Origin: a virus
Lineage: Duplodnaviria; Caudoviricetes
DNA length: 35,646 nt
Direction: 5' to 3' (one strand)
Virus record (IMG/VR): IMGVR_UViG_3300033555_000015
Coordinates: 1 to 35,646 of that record
Positions 33,375 to 35,646 of this stretch are shown one piece after another; within the stretch, counting starts at the first letter, position 1; each line of letters begins with the position of its first letter. The notes under the pieces were generated by a model. The model ran no database searches and was not told the origin of the DNA. It saw only the letters and a list, made by a program, of their open reading frames with translations. Position numbers and translations under genes: made by a program.

Positions 33375-33758
33375 TTAGTCGCTCCAAAATTCTTTTACAG
33401 GGATGTCGAGATTCTTTGCCTGCATGACGCAGTTGGAAGTGCCGGAGTTCTTGGCACCATTAAGGAAGAAGGCTAGCACAATGTCAGGGCCAAGCTCCAG
33501 CATGTGCGCGTTTCGGCGTGGACCGGCGAGCCACCTGGGAAGATTCACCCAGTCGGCGGGGACTGTCACTGTGGTGGCTACAGGGCTGGCAACAGACAGG
33601 TCCAGAGCAATCCGGTCCGCCCCACGAGCACCGCCCTGGATCACAATGACTTGATCCACACCCTCAGGCACTTCCGCGATGAGGGCAGCCCGGAGCATCT
33701 CCACGTTGGTGAAGTCCCGGCTGCCCGTCACGAGGATCTTTTTGGTACGCTCGATCAA
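33375..33758 (-). CDS. SLOG-superfamily (YspA/DUF2493-like) protein
   Basis: ILVTGSRDF, GGARGAD, ADW, AGP.RN..M, GT..C. Confidence 0.85.
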   Translation of the reverse strand: MIERTKKILVTGSRDFTNVEMLRAALIAEVPEGVDQVIVIQGGARGADRIALDLSVASPVATTVTVPADWVNLPRWLAGPRRNAHMLELGPDIVLAFFLNGAKNSGTSNCVMQAKNLDIPVKEFWSD

Positions 33759-34345
33759 CGAAGCTCGAAGAGATCCAACAGGTCATCTAGCTCAGCGTAA
33801 AGCTCACCTAGTGATCCGTCATTCTCAATCTCGATGTCGAAGAGTGATTTGTCCACGCTGGTCTCTGAGGCATGGCTGGACACCGAGTCAACCCCGGGAC
33901 GGGACACGAAGAAATTCGTGCCCTCCAACTCCTGGATCATTCGGACCTCGTTAGGGAACCGCATCCCCGTCATGATGACGTTCTCTCCACGACTAGTCTC
34001 CGCCTCGATTCTCCGCTTTGCGATATCGACCCAGACATTTTCATCGATCATCTCGCGGCCCACTTCGGTGCCGAGGACCTGGAGAAGTCTGCGGACCTCG
34101 GGGTTGGTCTTTGCCTCCGTGTATCCGACTTGCAGGTACAACTCCTCGTAAGAGACATACTTGGAGAAGATCCCCCACTCCCGGACGGGGATCATGGGAT
34201 TGAGGGCGAGAAGCGCGTCATTCAACGGCTCACTCATCCCCATCTTGATCCAGCCATACTCCTCAACGAGGTAGTCGGCTACGGTGTCTTTGCCGGAGCG
34301 CAGCGCGCCCCCGATCCCAAAGACTGCACTCATTGGACGGCTCAC
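33755..34345 (-). CDS. deoxynucleoside monophosphate kinase
   Basis: G..RSGKDTVA, R.LLQ.LGTEVGR, WV, RFPNE, H.SE, I.NDG. Confidence 0.9.
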   Translation of the reverse strand: MSRPMSAVFGIGGALRSGKDTVADYLVEEYGWIKMGMSEPLNDALLALNPMIPVREWGIFSKYVSYEELYLQVGYTEAKTNPEVRRLLQVLGTEVGREMIDENVWVDIAKRRIEAETSRGENVIMTGMRFPNEVRMIQELEGTNFFVSRPGVDSVSSHASETSVDKSLFDIEIENDGSLGELYAELDDLLDLFELR

Positions 34346-34941
34346 AGGCTAACCCTTTCGTTGGTTGGGGCTTCGATTGTCTTCAAATAGACAACGTCTC
34401 GCCAGTTGGCCCACTCAGTGAGCCGATCACGGTGGTCACTGATGTGGCGGTTATATGGTGCGTGGAACACCACGTGACGCCAGAGCGGCGAGTAGGTGCC
34501 CACGATCTCGGGACGGTCATCGATGAGGATGTCTCCGCGCACGAGGGTTTTGTCACTGGTGATCACGGCACGGTGCGCCCAACCGGGTCCGACGTGCTTC
34601 TCCAGCCAGTCCAGCTTGTCGCTTGCGCAAGTAGGATTGGTGATGTACGGTGAGGTACAGATGTGAACCACGTGACCCTCCGCAACCATGTCGCGGAGTG
34701 CGTCAGCCATGCCCTCGATGGGCTCAAGCTCGGCGTAGAACCCGGGAAGCTCCATCACAAAATTGACGGCAGCAAGGCCCTCTTCATCGAGTCCGGCAGT
34801 CATGTCCCAGCTTGCGTTGTCTTCCACGAACGGGAAATGGATGTGTGGATAGAGTTCCACGATTTTTTCCTCGAACCGCTTGCTCCAGTGTGCCATCACA
34901 CCGTCCATATCTACTAGGATATGTTGTGCTTTATTACTCAT
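34342..34941 (-). CDS. 5'(3')-deoxyribonucleotidase (NT5C, HAD family)
   Basis: VDMDGV, L.P..G, TSP, K..W..KH, DKT...GD.LIDDRP, PYN. Confidence 0.9.
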   Translation of the reverse strand: MSNKAQHILVDMDGVMAHWSKRFEEKIVELYPHIHFPFVEDNASWDMTAGLDEEGLAAVNFVMELPGFYAELEPIEGMADALRDMVAEGHVVHICTSPYITNPTCASDKLDWLEKHVGPGWAHRAVITSDKTLVRGDILIDDRPEIVGTYSPLWRHVVFHAPYNRHISDHRDRLTEWANWRDVVYLKTIEAPTNERVSL

Positions 34942-34983
34942 TTAGTCATTTCTGTAGATGTAGAGCCAGAGTCTAACACAAGA

Positions 34984-35646
34984 TTAGTCTGACTCTTCCC
35001 AGTTGAGGGACTTTTTTGTGTATTTGGATGCACGTCCGTCTTTGAATACCGAAACCGCGAGATTGATTCGGGTGTATCCGTCTACGGAAAGCTCGATGTT
35101 GTCTGCCAGCGAACCTTCCGGAAGTTCCCAGTACCCATAGCGCTCATCCTCGGTCACAATGCCTTCCGAGATCCGGGAGAGATCGAGGTATCGAAGCTTC
35201 CAAGAGGAGTCATCACCCCAGATGCACCCGGAGTACCAGCCGTACTGGCCACCCGCCACCTCCATGCCATCCGCAACCCACTCGCGGTCGAAGGCATCAG
35301 AGTCACTAGTGACAGCAAAGTCGGAAGGATCCAGGAAGTCCATGATGTCTGGGATGTAATAGTCCACTCCGCAAAACCCCTCTTGCGGGATTTGGTCCCC
35401 AAGCACCTTGCCAAATAGCGGTGACATCGAGTTTGTGAGCGTGGCCGGACTGAGCATGTCGATCCACTCCTGGGTGAGTTCCCGGACTGGCACAGGGCGG
35501 ACGGCGATGACTTTGGCAACCTGCTCACGATGCAGTTCAAGTACCTCAAAAGTCACGTACGCAGGAGAGATGATGGCATAGTCACGCCACTCTCCGTCCT
35601 TATATTGCCGGAATGGCATGAACGTGTTGAGCATCGAGTAGTTGCG
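34984..35646 (-). CDS. hypothetical protein (5' end probably beyond the window)
   Basis: Frame is open to the window edge; contains W.GC.WGDDSSWKL.Y.DLS...EG motif. Confidence 0.65.
   Translation of the reverse strand, partial: RNYSMLNTFMPFRQYKDGEWRDYAIISPAYVTFEVLELHREQVAKVIAVRPVPVRELTQEWIDMLSPATLTNSMSPLFGKVLGDQIPQEGFCGVDYYIPDIMDFLDPSDFAVTSDSDAFDREWVADGMEVAGGQYGWYSGCIWGDDSSWKLRYLDLSRISEGIVTEDERYGYWELPEGSLADNIELSVDGYTRINLAVSVFKDGRASKYTKKSLNWEESD

Overview
This window is a segment of a large, lytic, tailed phage of an actinobacterial host. The host assignment is inferred from the high GC content, the abundance of leaderless sigmaA-type promoters, and the gene set (ThyX, rIIA/rIIB, band-7, NAMPT+PRS). 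Almost all genes lie on the minus strand. From left to right: (1) 1-12.8 kb holds small accessory genes, including a secreted PIG-L/LmbE-type deacetylase, a papain-like peptidase, a dual-specificity phosphatase, a band-7 protein, a DUF6915-like gene separated from its probable partner by an inverted GIY-YIG endonuclease, an HNH gene and a candidate ~80-nt sRNA. (2) rIIB and rIIA. (3) A plus-strand island of five virion/fibre-like genes ending in an Ig-GH16 protein. (4) A HAD phosphatase, thyX and an isolated terminase large subunit. (5) A ~10 kb island for nucleotide metabolism and counter-defence: HD alarmone-hydrolase-like, two metallophosphoesterases, a Pol-beta nucleotidyltransferase, a cyclic-phosphate receiver domain, DUF3307, a NARP1-like NAD+ reconstitution pair, an Acb1-like 2H phosphodiesterase, SLOG, a dNMP kinase and a 5'(3')-nucleotidase. 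The most striking non-coding pattern is about 19 promoters with the -10 hexamer 6-7 nt before the ATG (leaderless). Several have their -35 built into the upstream stop codon or sit inside terminator hairpins. I found no tRNA, rRNA or CRISPR array. All family calls come from motif recognition by eye, not from database searches.
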